A stretch of DNA of 64,000 nucleotides from Lama glama (taxonomy: Eukaryota). The DNA is taken from NCBI GenBank assembly GCA_028534125.1, contig CM052817.1, forward strand, positions 17,238,001 through 17,302,000, read 5' to 3'. Made by a program: the position numbers and the translations under genes. Positions within the stretch are counted from its first letter, which is position 1. Each line of letters opens with the position of its first letter. Below, piece after piece: positions 1 to 12,721 of the stretch. The notes below the pieces were generated by a model. That model did not search any database, was not told the origin of the DNA, and was given only the letters and a program-made list of their open reading frames with translations.

Positions 1-2121
1 AATGAAAGTATTTTAAAAGTTTGTGTGTAAACATAGGCTGTACTTTGAAATGCTAAATGGTGCTAGTGTCTGTATCAGAGATGGGATGAAGATAGGAAAA
101 TATGTTCCCCTAGAGGGACAGGTCCTAGAGTTGCACACACACACCATTTGCCCTTTCTCCGCAGATGGTGCGAGTACCCCAAACCTACAATCCAAAAAGC
201 TGTTTGATTGAATCAGTGTTTTTCTTTTCCTACTGGAACATAAAAGGAGGACCTGAGACCTCCTTTCTCATCCTAAATTTTTGACATTTCAATCTGTCAG
301 CTCCTTGCTGGAAGTGACATGAAAGCACTGTGAACACAGTTAGATATAAAGGCCACAGTTACTGGGGGGAGGCGGGTCAGGATGAATGTCCAGTTACGGC
401 CTGCCCTGGGAAGCCCTGAGCCATGTCTGCGGGCCGCCTGACCAGGGCTGGAGGCGGAGCTGAGCTCAATGAGCACGCGCAGTTGCGTGCCTATCCCCGG
501 CCGACTCTGCTTTAGAAGTCACTCCGTGGAAAGGTGCTGGCTGTTCACTGTCTCCAAGGACTGACTTTTAAGTCCAGCACCTACAGGCAAAATCATTATT
601 CCTCTAATAGGAACCACCCAGCCCAATTTGATTTCTAGTGCCCACTCTCCAAGCAATCTGTCTCAGCCCTTGGACTGATGTGACCAGCATTCGAGGCTGT
701 GGAGTAATGACCTCAGAGTCCCGAGGTTCCCGATGAGTCTAATCAAAGCTTCCCACTCCCCTTCTCCTAACACCAGAGGTTCCCAGTGAAACTATAACTG
801 TTAACATGTACTGAGGACTCATCACGTGCCAGGTGCTGCTCTATGGGCTATAAGTATTTTAGTTCATTTTACTCTACCACATAAGGACCATTACACCCAT
901 TTTACACACGAGCAAATGAAGGCAGGAAAAAGCAAGGGGCAGAACAGGAAACCAGTCTCAGGCAGTTTGACCCCAGAGTTAGTGTGCGGAACCACTGACT
1001 TCTCAGCCCCAAGGCGAGCCTGACTCTGTGGGTTCCTGGAAGCAGCACTCTTGGCTTCTTCCCCCTGAGGTTGGGGAGAACACTTGGTTTTGGAGTGAAA
1101 CCAACCTAGTTTCAAAGAAGCACATCCACTCAGTTGTGGGTAACTGGGCAACTAGTAAACACACTAAGGCTCCCTTTCCTTAGCTATAAAACCAGGACGG
1201 TTTGGCAGAGGGAAAGGGCCTGGGTATTGGAATGAGACCCCAGCTCAGCAAATTCTGAGTAATCCCACGTCCTGCCTGCTAACCCCTCTAGCCCAGCTAG
1301 AAACGGGGCTGCTCTTACCCCAGGGAAGGTGTCGTGTGGGCACTGGAGAAAATCTTTGACCTGAATATAGCTGGGTTGCTGTTACGTTAAGCCTCCCACT
1401 CGTCTTCTTGAAGCCAGGTTGGAGGGAGACACATGTGTGGCAACACGGAGAATATAGGGCAGAGCAGGTGAAATAAGGGCCACGGTTTGCCAAAGCCAGA
1501 ACCGGCAGGCGGGACTTTCTCATGGTGAGAGCAGCCCCCCTCGCCTTTCTCAGCCTGGCTAATCTGGCTCTGTCCTGTCACAGACCCAGGGCTCCAGCTA
1601 ACCAAAGTGTCTGACTGCTGAGTCCAAGCCGTGAGGGCAGAAAGCATCCCAGAGCCTGATAAGGCCAAACAATCCTGGCTTTGTTTTGGGAGGATTTGTC
1701 CCTGAGTTTCCAGTTGGCTTCTATCTATGTCTCAATGTCTCTGACCTCTTCAGCCTCAGAGAAGCTAAACTCGGAGATTCAGATTCTCGGGGAGGAGAGA
1801 GCCGGGGACAGGGAGCCCTGCTAGCCCGCCATGGCTGGGATCTCGGGCGACGCCGCGTCCGGGCGGGTTGGGCGCGCGGCAAGGCAGCCGGGGCTCAGGG
1901 CGCGCGGGGCGCCGGCCGACGGTGCGCGGGGACACCCGCCGCCTTTGGGCGCGGGGGACCGTCTGAGAGGTTTCTCCTCGCAGCCCGTCCGCTTCTTTCC
2001 TCCACGCAGCGGCCGAGGTCACGATGGGCTCATTAAGCCGGCAGGTAGGCAGTGCCCCGGCGGCGGCAGGCGGTCCTGGAATGTGCGAGGGGCGTGATGA
2101 CTGCAGCTGCCGCCGGCCTTT

Positions 2122-2146
2122 TTGCGCAACACCTTCACTATATATA
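2122..2146 (+). promoter_or_regulatory. SLC34A2: Core promoter: C/EBP-type palindrome TTGCGCAA (2122-2129) and TATA-like TATATATA (2139-2146)
   Basis: Both motifs read directly; the TATA lies ~25-30 nt upstream of the inferred exon 1 start. Confidence 0.7.
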
Positions 2147-2169
2147 CCCTGGTGGTGCGCTCCACCTGG

Positions 2170-2207
2170 GTGCCTGCTCCGGTCCATTACCTGCGCAGGG
2201 AGCACCG
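2170..2207 (+). other. SLC34A2: SLC34A2 exon 1 (non-coding 5'UTR); start approximate
   Basis: Ends acctgcgcagggagcaccg|GTGAGT (strong donor at 2208); resembles the recalled human SLC34A2 5'UTR (ACCTGCGGAGGGAGCGCTG|ACCATG). Confidence 0.75.
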
Positions 2208-5200
2208 GTGAGTACCGCCGCTGGGACCAGGGTGCTTCCTCCTCCTTTCTCGCTCGTGAAATCACCCTAATTCACTTATAATTTACTTAATTTTTTTTTT
2301 AGATTTCCCTCAACGCTGACCTCAAGGAACTTGGCTGGCTTTGGGCTGTGGAAGAGAAAAAAAATAATAATCAACCTTCTCCAAATTTTCAGATTTTTTT
2401 TTCTTCTTAATGTTAGTGCTGTTGCTATTTTTTCAACTCCTATGACTACACAATTAGTAGTGGCACGTTTGCAGGACTCTAAATTATGGATGTTTTAGGA
2501 TTCCTACCACATAGGGATCAGGACGTCTGGGCTCTCTTTTTGGTCACTAACTAGCTGTATGATCTGAGGCAGGTTCCTGTGAGCCCCTGGGCCTCAGTTT
2601 CCCCCTTTACAGGAAGCGGAACAGAACGGTCTCCGTCTTTCCTGCGCTGGAAATGCCAGGTTTGGACGGTTGTCCTATGATGCAGCGCCTTCCCCAGTGT
2701 GGCTTCCACGTGCTACTTACTGTTCCTGTTTGCACGGTTACTTATCTGCAGGATATGCTGGACACAACAGGGGAGGCAGCATCAGCAAAGGGTCTGCCCC
2801 TCAGGTTGACTTGGGAGAGCAGAGCCCATAATTTTTCAGTGTTTTAAAAGTCAGAGGGTACCAGGCAGTGGACTGGGGAGATGTGTGCAGGTGTGGTTAT
2901 GCTGGGGAGACCAGGCCAGAAAGAGGAGGCACTTGGAGTAGAGTTAATTCAGTGTTCAGAGTCCCTGGTTAACTGGAACTGAGGTGAAGGGTCTCTCCTT
3001 TTCCTTCAGTGAAGAGGCAGCTTTGTCAACTTGTTGATTTTATGGAGGTGGCTTGTGGATTTCATCACTGAGCATTTCCTCTTCCTCCCTGTTTAGGTTC
3101 ACCAAGAAATTTGTGTTTGCTCTGCTTGCTCCAGCCCTGTTTGACTTTTTCCTTTCCCCCATCCTATGCTGGAATTCTCTAACCTGTTCTGTTTTGGGTA
3201 TTCTTGAAAAAGTTGTGCCTCCTGGGAGTGACCATTGTTATGGATTGTGTTTGAATTTCTCGCTCTTGCCAGCCAACCAGCTGATAATGATCTCTATTTT
3301 TGTAACTTTGGGAACTGGTAGCTAGAAGGGCAGGTTTGTGAAAGGTTTTGGGTGTTCAACTGCCTCCTCTAAAATCCACCCCCTATCACTCAACCATCTC
3401 ACTGAACCAAGTCCCCAGTGGTGGGAGAATGGCGGTCTTGGTTATTGCTGTTAGACACAAAACGGACATAAGAATAGCCTGAATTCACTTTAATGAAGAA
3501 AACAGCTTCTCAGGATCAGTGATTTGGAATACAGTTTTAACCGTTAGCCACCTTCCACCCTGCCTTCCTCCCCTCTTCCCCCGCCCTCCACCCTGGGGAC
3601 AGAAAGGCAGTATCAGCAGGGGGTAGTCAGGATATTCCAATGAATTAATCCACCGCCAGTGAATTTAGAAATGTGAAAGAGTGCAGAAAGAAGGCTGCAA
3701 AGAGATTGCAATATATTTAAGATGTTTTTATAAATTAACCTTTTTAGTCTCCCTAATATAATGTAAAATTATTAACACGGTTATAAGGTAATTACAGGAT
3801 TTACTGAAAGTGCACTGTGAGGGTGGGTGTGGTTTGGCAATAGAGTCCTCATTTAAAGCGATAGCGTAAATGTCTTTTAAAAATCCTATTAGTGCCTGTC
3901 TTCAAAACTCTAAACTAAAGCCATTCAAGGTAAAACTGAGCCAGTTGCTTCTCTGTCTGCAGTCCCATAGGCCTCCCTCCACCACCACCATGTCCCCTGG
4001 GGATTATGTTGCTTTGTAAAGGCCGAAGGAAGCTGAAAGAAAGTTATCATCACCCTCTTGGGAATTTTTGAAGTCTTCGTCATTCTTTCAAAGTAAAAGA
4101 AAGTATTCTTGAGCATACTGAGAACTTTGGAGGTAGACCACCTGAATTTGAATCGTCTCAAGGCTTAGTGTGACTTGAAGCAGTTAGTTTCTGTGTGCCT
4201 TGGTTTCCTTTTCTGTAGAATGGGGATAGCATTGGTACTAAGGTATAAGTACTTAAAGCAAATAGAAATACCTCAAGTGCGAGTGAGATTAGACAGGTTA
4301 ATTTGTGAACAGGGCGGCTTACTGCAGTGCCTGGCACAGAACATTCAATAAGCATTTGGCTGGCAGACACTGTCCTGCGTGCTGGGGCTCCAGAGGTCAT
4401 CCTCTCTTTGCTTCTGGTGGGAAAGTGAGTGCGTGTTGAGGTCTCTCAGCAGGACGCTGCCCCGTGCCTCCTCCTCTCCCCTCTTCTTCAGATGGCCTTG
4501 AGCTGCTACTGTTGTGAGCACAGGCGGCCCCAGAACAGGTACTGGTTGGGGTTGGAGAGGCTCAAACAATGCAGAGCGAAGGGGCTGGGTGACTGCCAGG
4601 TGTCCTACATTTCCCTGCTGCCCAGGTCTGAGAAGTGCAGAGCAGTTTTTTTTCCCCTTGGCCTGCAAGAGTTCCTCTTGGCATTGGGTATACATGTGGA
4701 TGCGGGAAGTTGAGCTAAAAGAATTGTCAACACAGCCAGCTCAACTGGAGGGATGATTTGGGTGGGGGAGGGGAGCCAGGGAGCAGATGTGTGATCATAG
4801 CCACTAATCTTGTGCCTGAGTATTAAAACCCATTTTTCTGGGTATTAGTATCAAACTGCCAAGGGGGATGACTTTACCCTTGTCTACTTCTGGCTGGTGG
4901 TAAGAGAGTGCTAGGCTTAGGGGGTGGGCCCTGGGGGAAAGTAGGGAGAGGGAACAGCTTGAATCAAAGGAATGGGATGGGAGAGAGCCTTTGGAGGGGG
5001 CCCGCAGGCTCCAAGGACCCCTTCTGGCCCCCAAAGCCCCTCCCAAGAGAAGTGAGTGCTAGACAGGCCAGTGTCTGTCACACCCCTGGGAGTAGTGGCC
5101 TGATTCGGGCTACATCCTCTGTCTGGCCCATTCAGTGTCACCTCCCCTGCTCAGCTGGGACTCCTAAAAGGCTTGGCATAGACCAAATCCAGGTCTCTGG

Positions 5201-6451
5201 TATGCCTGAAGCTTTTGTGGGCAGGCTGTTATTAAGAGCATTCTTGGCTGGCATTTCTAACTGTCTGAATGACTTAGGCAAGAGTGACCCCTGCAGAGGC
5301 AGGAGCCCAGCCAGCTCTCCCAGGCATCTTTGGAGCCCCCACGGAGCCTGACCATAGGTGCCTTGTTGCTGTAACAGGGCCCAGAGGATAACTTCCTTCC
5401 TCTGTCTCAGCCCCTGGCCGAGACTTCTATGGAAAGACCCCACCTCCTCCCTCAGCTTTGAAACCAGTAGTCCTGGGTTCAAACCCTGACACCATCCCTG
5501 GGCAGCTGTGAGACTTTCTTTCTTAATTTCTCTGTGCCTCAGTTTCTTCATAAACTGGAAAGAAGAACTTCCTTATTTTAAGATTTAATGGGGTCCCAGA
5601 TCACATAGGACCCTCCCCCACCACAAAACAAACATTAGATCCTTTTGTCTTATGTGCTTTGGATTCATTTGTTGCACAAATATCTGCTGAGGTCCACTCA
5701 GCTGTGCACTGAGATGAAGAGCTTATGGTCTGGGGCAAAGTGGAGTTTAGCTATTCATTGTTTGTGATGCAATTTTTCACAAAGTTCTGAGTGTTGACTG
5801 CCAGACGCTCTGCTTGGGGCCTCACGTAGACTCCTTCATCCATTAGTCCTTCAACAGCTCAGGGAGGGAGATGCATTGTCCCCATTTTTGAGATGATGAA
5901 ACCGAGGCTTGGCGAGGCTCAGGGCACACACAGTGAGTGGCAGGACCCCTCAGGGCCAGCCCTCACCCACGGTGTGGTTCTCTCTCCTGGTGCTGTGTGC
6001 CAGGCACTATGGTATCAGCAGAGGTGACAGCACCAGGGGCCTGGAGGAGCCTGAACAGCTGCCTTGTCTCGGGGCTCGTCATGGGGCATTTGCTCTAAGT
6101 CCTCCTTTACGCCAGATTTGAGGGGTCAGCCTGCCCAGTGCTGGAGCTCTGCTGGCCGGGAGGCCAGGGAATCAGGACTCTGCAGCCACAGTGCCAAGCA
6201 CAGTGGTTCGTGCCCAGTGGCCTGCATTTCCCTGCTTCCTGGGTCCTGAGAAAAGCATCTTGAGCTGTAGGGGTGGGGAGGACTGGCGGCCTCAGAATGC
6301 TCTGGGCTGGGCCAGATGACTCCTGGCTGCCTGCTCCTGGAAGGGGCTTAGGTGTGTAGACCTGCATCTCCTCTCCTTACCTGTAGGTGTCTAGCACAGT
6401 GAATGCCCAATGAGTGATGGCGGAGTAAATGAATGTGCCAGAAAATGATGT

Positions 6452-6785
6452 ACAGTCTCTTGGTGTCCGTGGGGATTGGTTCCAGGACCTCCCTTGGGTA
6501 CCACAATCCACAGATGCTCAAATCCCTTGTATAAAATGGCACAGCATTTGCATATAACTGATGCAATTTTCCCGTATACTTTAAATCATTTCTAGATAAT
6601 TTATAATACCTAAGACAGTGAAAATGCTATGTAAATAGCTGTAAATAGAATGTAAATGCTGTGTAAATAGTTGCTAGTATCCCGCAAATTAACTTTTGCT
6701 TTTTGGAACTTTCTGGAGTATGTTTTGTTTCTTGGATATCTTCCATCTGTGGCTGGTTGAATCCGAGGATGCAGAGGGCCTACTG
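6452..6785. mobile_element. MER2-like non-autonomous Tigger (TcMar) DNA transposon
   Basis: cagtctcttggtgtccgtggggattggttccaggacc ... ggttgaatccgaggatgcagagggcctactg, with TA 5' flank and related inverted ends; matches recalled MER2 consensus. Confidence 0.75.
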
Positions 6786-8080
6786 AACTGGTGATTGCTT
6801 CATCAAGAAAGTGTTGGTAAAGGGGATTTGGGCTTGTGACAGATGGCTGAACTTGGAGTAGGGGAAGCAAAACTTCCAGGAAGGAAGAGTGGAGACTTTC
6901 ATTGGAAAGTCACCTTTGCTTCTTGGTGATGCTGGTTAATAGTAAGTGAGGACCTAGAAGGGAATGGAGCCAGCACAGACGTCACAGAGGAAGCACTGCA
7001 GGCACTCCAGCTTGTTGGATCCCTTGCTATAATATCCCATTTTTTCTGTCCAGTTCAGCATACACGGATGTCTGCTCCTTCCACTGCATGCGGTATTATA
7101 CATGACTTGGCCATGGAAGTGTCTGTTTCTGAATTCACTAGACACTTTGTTCATTCTTGGAAAGAAAATGATTCTATTTGGTCAGAAATCTAGTCACCAA
7201 AAACATAATTTAAATAATAGGCAGATAATCATCCTTCTTACAACTTACTACTGGTGGCAGTTTCCCAAGTGGGGCCGCTGTGACATCCAGGTTGCAGTTT
7301 CTTGTTACAGTTGTCCAACAGACCTTGGCCAAACCAACTTGCACATAGTGATGAGGAACAACCACTCATCAGTAAGATTCAGGCTGGATCTGTTTCCTGG
7401 TCAGGATCAACGTGGATCTAGAACATTCCTTCAGCAAACCCTCTATGTTGACTCCTCCATTCACAAGTGTGCAGTGCCCACTGTGTGCTGACCACTGAGC
7501 ACTGGGAGAAAAGCCTAACAGGGTTTCTGCCCTCTACAACTTACATTCTCATCGAGAAGGCAGTATAAGCGTGCGCGAGGGACAGGAGAATAACTCGAGG
7601 GAGAATTAAGATTATAAGAGGCGATAGAAGATCAGTGTCCAGTTTCCTTCAGAATGCCTCCAAGAGCAGAGACCAGATCTGTGCATCCTTAAAGATCTGC
7701 TGAGAAACCCGCAACAGTTGCAGGCTCAGAGCAGTCTTTGTGTCTGACTTCCTTTTTTTAATTTTTAATTTAGATACATCTTACATTCTGTACTATAATA
7801 GGCCCATGCTTGTTTTAGTATGATCACTGATAGTCACACAAGGTTAACAAGGTGTCAGGCACTTTTCTGAGAACTTTTGAAACGTAACACACTTGATCCT
7901 TATAATAATCCTTTGTAGGATTAATCAAATGCAAATCACCTACCAGTCACAATATTTAACATTCCCTTGCCCCAATTATGTGGGTACAAACAGTGCTCCA
8001 GGAAGATATACCCATGTCATGGCCCAGGATACTGAGGATTAAGGGCCCCAGCTTCACTGACAGGTAGAGCTGTGTTTAAA

Positions 8081-8580
8081 NNNNNNNNNNNNNNNNNNNN
8101 NNNNNNNNNNNNNNNNNNNNNNNNNNNNNNNNNNNNNNNNNNNNNNNNNNNNNNNNNNNNNNNNNNNNNNNNNNNNNNNNNNNNNNNNNNNNNNNNNNNN
8201 NNNNNNNNNNNNNNNNNNNNNNNNNNNNNNNNNNNNNNNNNNNNNNNNNNNNNNNNNNNNNNNNNNNNNNNNNNNNNNNNNNNNNNNNNNNNNNNNNNNN
8301 NNNNNNNNNNNNNNNNNNNNNNNNNNNNNNNNNNNNNNNNNNNNNNNNNNNNNNNNNNNNNNNNNNNNNNNNNNNNNNNNNNNNNNNNNNNNNNNNNNNN
8401 NNNNNNNNNNNNNNNNNNNNNNNNNNNNNNNNNNNNNNNNNNNNNNNNNNNNNNNNNNNNNNNNNNNNNNNNNNNNNNNNNNNNNNNNNNNNNNNNNNNN
8501 NNNNNNNNNNNNNNNNNNNNNNNNNNNNNNNNNNNNNNNNNNNNNNNNNNNNNNNNNNNNNNNNNNNNNNNNNNNNNNNN
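8081..8580. other. Assembly gap (500 N) in SLC34A2 intron 1
   Basis: Run of exactly 500 N; a round number suggests a placeholder size. Confidence 1.
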
Positions 8581-11535
8581 TTGGAACGGTTTGCTTAAAT
8601 GTCTTGGAGCCTGGGTTTTCCCATTTGCAAATGACGATGATCATGACCCTTTCTTGTATAAAGATTGGATGAAATAACGTGTCAAGCACCCGCACAGCAC
8701 CTCTTTGGCACTTATTCAACGGTACTTGTTATCAGAAATCGATGAAAAGATATTGCAGTGGTGTGATAGAGTGCCAGGTGAGTCATGTGGGTAGGACACG
8801 CAGGGCAGGACCAGAGAGGCCTGGGTAACCTAGGCAGAGGAGGGCAGGGGAGGGCTTGGGGGTGAGCCTAAGGAAGATGGGAGGAGGGTCTTCCAGGTTG
8901 TGGGGGCTGCCTGGGCAAGAGCAGGGGAGAGGACTTGGGGTCCCAATTTTAGGCTGGTGTGACCCAAAGAGAGGGATCATTTGGGGAGCAGTGGGCAGTA
9001 AAGAGATGAGCCCACACGATCACAACTGTGAGTTGGGAAAGTTTTTTAACTTGCAGAGAGAAACTGGGGCCCAAATCAGTTAAACAGGCCGCTGCACTGG
9101 TCCCAGGAACCAGAAACCGGAACCAAGATGCTCCCAGATACAGTCAGTAGTAGGTCCTGGCGCTGGCTGGATTTGAGGGCCGACAGAGATGACTTGGAAA
9201 TTCTGGGAAGATGAGAGCAGGAATCACATAAATAACAAAGTTCTACGGAGGGGATTGTTTGGGGTGATGGGGAAATGAGCTGGATTTAAGTCAGGGTGAA
9301 GTCAAAGTGCTGACTGCTGTAAATGGCCCACGAACAGTGCAGATAGGAGGTTTAAATGCAGGTGCTTTGGCACAAATACCTGGAGTGGGCGATGCTTTGA
9401 GACCATGGGAGCCTCACTTTGTCCCTGAATTCTGGCCAAGTGACTCCATCCCTCTGGGTGCTTTGGTTTTCTCATCTATAAAATGGGAACAACACTAACC
9501 CCTTACAGGGATGGTAAGAGGAATCACAAGAACCAGTTTACAGAAGAGATTATTGTACAGAAATTAACTCGCTGAAGCTGCCTGCTAACCTAGCAGTTGT
9601 AAAATGTTATAAACCTGACCCTACATACAGGAAATGGAGGGAGACAGCTGCAGAAGCCTTTGGATTCAAACCTGGGCTCAAGGCTCCACCACGTGGAACC
9701 TTGGGCAAGTCACTTCGCCCCCTTTTGAGTCTCCTGGGTATCTTCATCTGTATCATCAGAGAATAATAATAGCTCCCTGAATGGGCGGCTGTGAGCTTGA
9801 GCACAGCCTGGCTCAAATACTGGCTCTTGCTGGCTCTGCAGGTCCCAGCATCCTACTCACAAAGCACATGAAGCCTGTTGTGTGCCAGGTCCTGTGCTGG
9901 GTGCTTATTAAGCTGAAATGAAGGACCCGGTCTGGGCCTTCCTGCAAGCCAGCGACGGCAGGGTGTTCCCTGTGATCGTGGGAGCGTGTGCTGTGCTCGG
10001 CAGTTGTAGGGGAAGGCTGAGAAAGTTCCTTGGGTGAATCAAGTGCATGAAAGCCTCTCATGTTGGGGACTCACAAAATCTGTTTCTTTGTACTCCTGGC
10101 TTTATCAGTATGAGTGACAGTGACAGTACCGGTGTCCCTGAACCATCTTACCTTTGTGGGTTTGGAGGTTGGGCTGCATCTCTTAAAAGCATTTGGCAAT
10201 TTCAGATAAAAGAAAAGAAAAACCGCACACAATCTCACCACCCACTTTGAACCCCATGGCAGATTTTTGGATCCTTACTGGGATCATGCTGTGAATAAGA
10301 CAAAAATGTGCCTTTTGTTCACAATTGACCGAAGCATTTTTCTGTTTTGTTTGTTTGGCTGCTTCTTCATAGCCTTTTTAATGGCATGCTATTACGCTGC
10401 GTGGCTATACAGCAAGCAGTTAATGTAATCGTTTCCCTGTTAATTTTTAACTCTGTAAATGACAGCGCAGCAAACATCCTTTTTGGGTTGCATCGCATTC
10501 ATTCATCAACTGACATTTATTGGGCGTGTCAACGTCCCAGGCAGAGCTGTGGACTCTGAAAATGCAGTGATGAGCAAGATAAAGCCCCCTTTTTTCGGTC
10601 GAGCTTACATTCTAGTAGTCAGGAAGTTTCTCCACTTAAGAAAAATTGGAAAGGAGTCAGGTAGATAGACCCAGCTCTGGGAAACCCTCTTCAAAGAGGT
10701 GATCAGACAAAGGCAGGTATTTTTGACTTTCTGAGAAAAAAAGTGTTCCTAGGTTCTTAATTCCCAGAAGTGAAATTTACTGGGTCAGAGATACATGAAA
10801 CATGTAGGGTGTTTTAGACATTTTGCCAACTGCTTTCCAAATCTCCCAGCAGCGCTCATTTCACTGCATCCTCTCCAGCATGGTGTATTATACTTAATTT
10901 TTTTTTCTGATTTGATAGCTGAACCTTATATCTCACTGTTTTAACTTTCATATGTTAGGTCGTTAATGAGGCTGAACTCTTATTTTGTAATAAGCATTTT
11001 AGCCCCTTGTACGTCCTCTTCTGTGAATTGTTTGTTCCCATCCTTTGGGCTACATTGTCTGATGGGTATCAGGACAAGAACTGCTTGTGGTGGACATTCA
11101 GGCATGTCAGGAGCCAGATTTCCTCTCCATGTATCCAAGGAAGGCTTTGTTGAAAAAATGGATTATAAGGAAGTCCCTATCAAAGGCTGGGAGGAATGTG
11201 GTCCTAACAAAGGGTTGTTAATCCAGGTACAATAGAATTGCTACTATTTATTTAATGCCTGCTTAGTTCCAGGCATTTTCTAGGCATAACCATTAATCTC
11301 ATAACCCTGCAAAACATGAGGAATTATCCCCATTTTATAGATGGAGAAAACAATGCTTTATGCTCAGAGGGATTTGCCTAAACACACACCCACTGATAAG
11401 TGGCACTTGTGGGATTTGAACCAGATCTCATGTGTCAGACTTCTCACAGGAGACCAGGTAGTAGGTAAGGCAGGTAGAATGTATATGGGCATAAACATAT
11501 ATGTTAAGTCAGCAGGATGAGGTTTGGCACAGTTG

Positions 11536-11840
11536 ACAGACATAGAAAACAAAGTTATGGTTATGGGGGTTGAGGGGAGGGGATGGGAAGGGAGTGGGAA
11601 GTGATAAATTGGGAGTTTGAGATTTGCAGATACTAACTACTGTATATAAAATAGAGAAACATGTTATACTGTATAGCCCAGAAAACTATATTCAGTATCT
11701 TGTAGTAACCTATATTGGAAAACAATATGAAAAGGAATATATATGTGTATATGTATGACTGAAACATTATGCTGTACACCAGAAATTGACACAACACTGT
11801 AAACTGACTATACTTCAATTAAAACAAAATTTTAAAAAAA
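11536..11840 (+). mobile_element. 5'-truncated L1 3' end (cetartiodactyl/camelid type)
   Basis: gacatagaaaacaaagttatggtta...gggagtttgagatttgcagatactaactactg...gctgtacaccagaaattgacacaacactgtaaactgactatacttcaatt + A-rich tail; closely similar to 28800-29060. Confidence 0.85.
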
Positions 11841-12037
11841 GCAGATGGGAAGCCTATTTGAGCATGGTGAGAACCTGGCATACATACCACGAGTTGATGA
11901 AGATAAATGGGTTTGCATTCCTTTTCCGATTAAAGGAGAGAATCAAGACAAAGACAGAAGTTAGAGCATTCAAAAGAGACTCATCTGATGTATAGATTTG
12001 AGGCTAGAATGGAAAAAACAGTAAGAAGTAGTTTGAT

Positions 12038-12176
12038 GGGGGAGGTTATAGCTCAGTGGTAGAGCGCATGCTTAGCATGCAGGAGGTCCTAGTTTCAACC
12101 CAGGACCTCCATTAAAAAATAATAATAATAAACAAACAAACTTAATGACTCCCCCAAAAGTAACTTAAAAAAAAAA
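12038..12176 (+). mobile_element. tRNA-Ala(AGC)-derived SINE (camelid Vic-1-like)
   Basis: ggggaggttatagctcagtggtagagcgcatgcttagcatgc...acctcca head, (AAT/AAAC)n middle, A tail; degenerate 15-bp TSD aagaagtagtttgat / aaaaagtggtctgat. Confidence 0.85.
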
Positions 12177-12371
12177 GTGGTCTGATTTAGTGACAGCCTG
12201 GGTGAGTGGTTGAGAGAGGCCTACAGAAATATGATGCTTCAGGGTCCACACTTAAGGAGGTATTAGAACTCCCCTGCACTTCTGTGACCACTGGCTCTTC
12301 TTATCATGGAAACTGAGTGCTCCTCCTTTCAGTGGCCGCTTCTTTAAGCTCTGTTTTCCCATCCACAGACC

Positions 12372-12483
12372 ATGGCTCCTTGGCCTGAAGTGGAGAATGC
12401 CCAGCCTAACTCTGATAAATACATTGAAGGCACCGCTGGTCAGCAGTCCACCACGCTTGCAAAAGACAAGGAAACCAACAAAG
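12372..12483 (+). CDS. SLC34A2: SLC34A2 exon 2 coding part (exon starts 12369): MAPWPEVENAQPNSDKYIEG...KETNK
   Basis: ccacAG|ACCATGG Kozak start; donor G|GTAAGT at 12484; matches NaPi-IIb N-terminus MAPWPE. Confidence 0.97.
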
Positions 12484-12586
12484 GTAAGTTTCAGCCCTCA
12501 GCCCCGGGCTGGCCCCCTGGGAGGACCTCGGGAGACTCGGGGCCTGGCTCCTCATTCCTCATGGCCTTCACTGCTTGTTTGGGCAG

Positions 12587-12721
12587 ATGACACTGGGACA
12601 CCTGCAACCAAGATGGAGCTTCTGCCATCCTATTCCACCGTGGCACTGATAGAGGAGCGCACAGAGGTGGAGGACCCCTGGGACCTGCCTGAGCTTAAGG
12701 ACAAGGGGATCAAGTGGTCAG
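12587..12721 (+). CDS. SLC34A2: SLC34A2 exon 3: DDTGTPATKMELLPSYST...DPWDLPELKDKGIKWS
   Basis: ggcAG acceptor, G|GTAAGA donor, 135 nt, phase 1-1. Confidence 0.96.

Larger units (their letters stand above)
1790..2260. promoter_or_regulatory. SLC34A2: CpG island over SLC34A2 promoter/exon 1
   Basis: Dense CpG/GC-rich tract (gggcgacgccgcgtccgggcggg..., gcgcggggcgccggccgacggtgcgcg) against CpG-poor flanks; GC boxes (GGGCGG at 1861). Confidence 0.9.

Noticed and set aside
1686..2281. Several overlapping 70-166 aa ORFs in the CpG island
   Set aside because: GC-rich sequence is stop-poor; low-complexity Arg/Gly/Ala/Pro products with no recognisable domain.
8054..8719. 200+ aa ORFs spanning 8.1-8.6 kb
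   Set aside because: Artefacts of translating the N gap.
12038..12111. tRNA-Ala(AGC) gene
   Set aside because: Degenerate B box/T arm, SINE tail, TSD and multiple diverged copies indicate a SINE.
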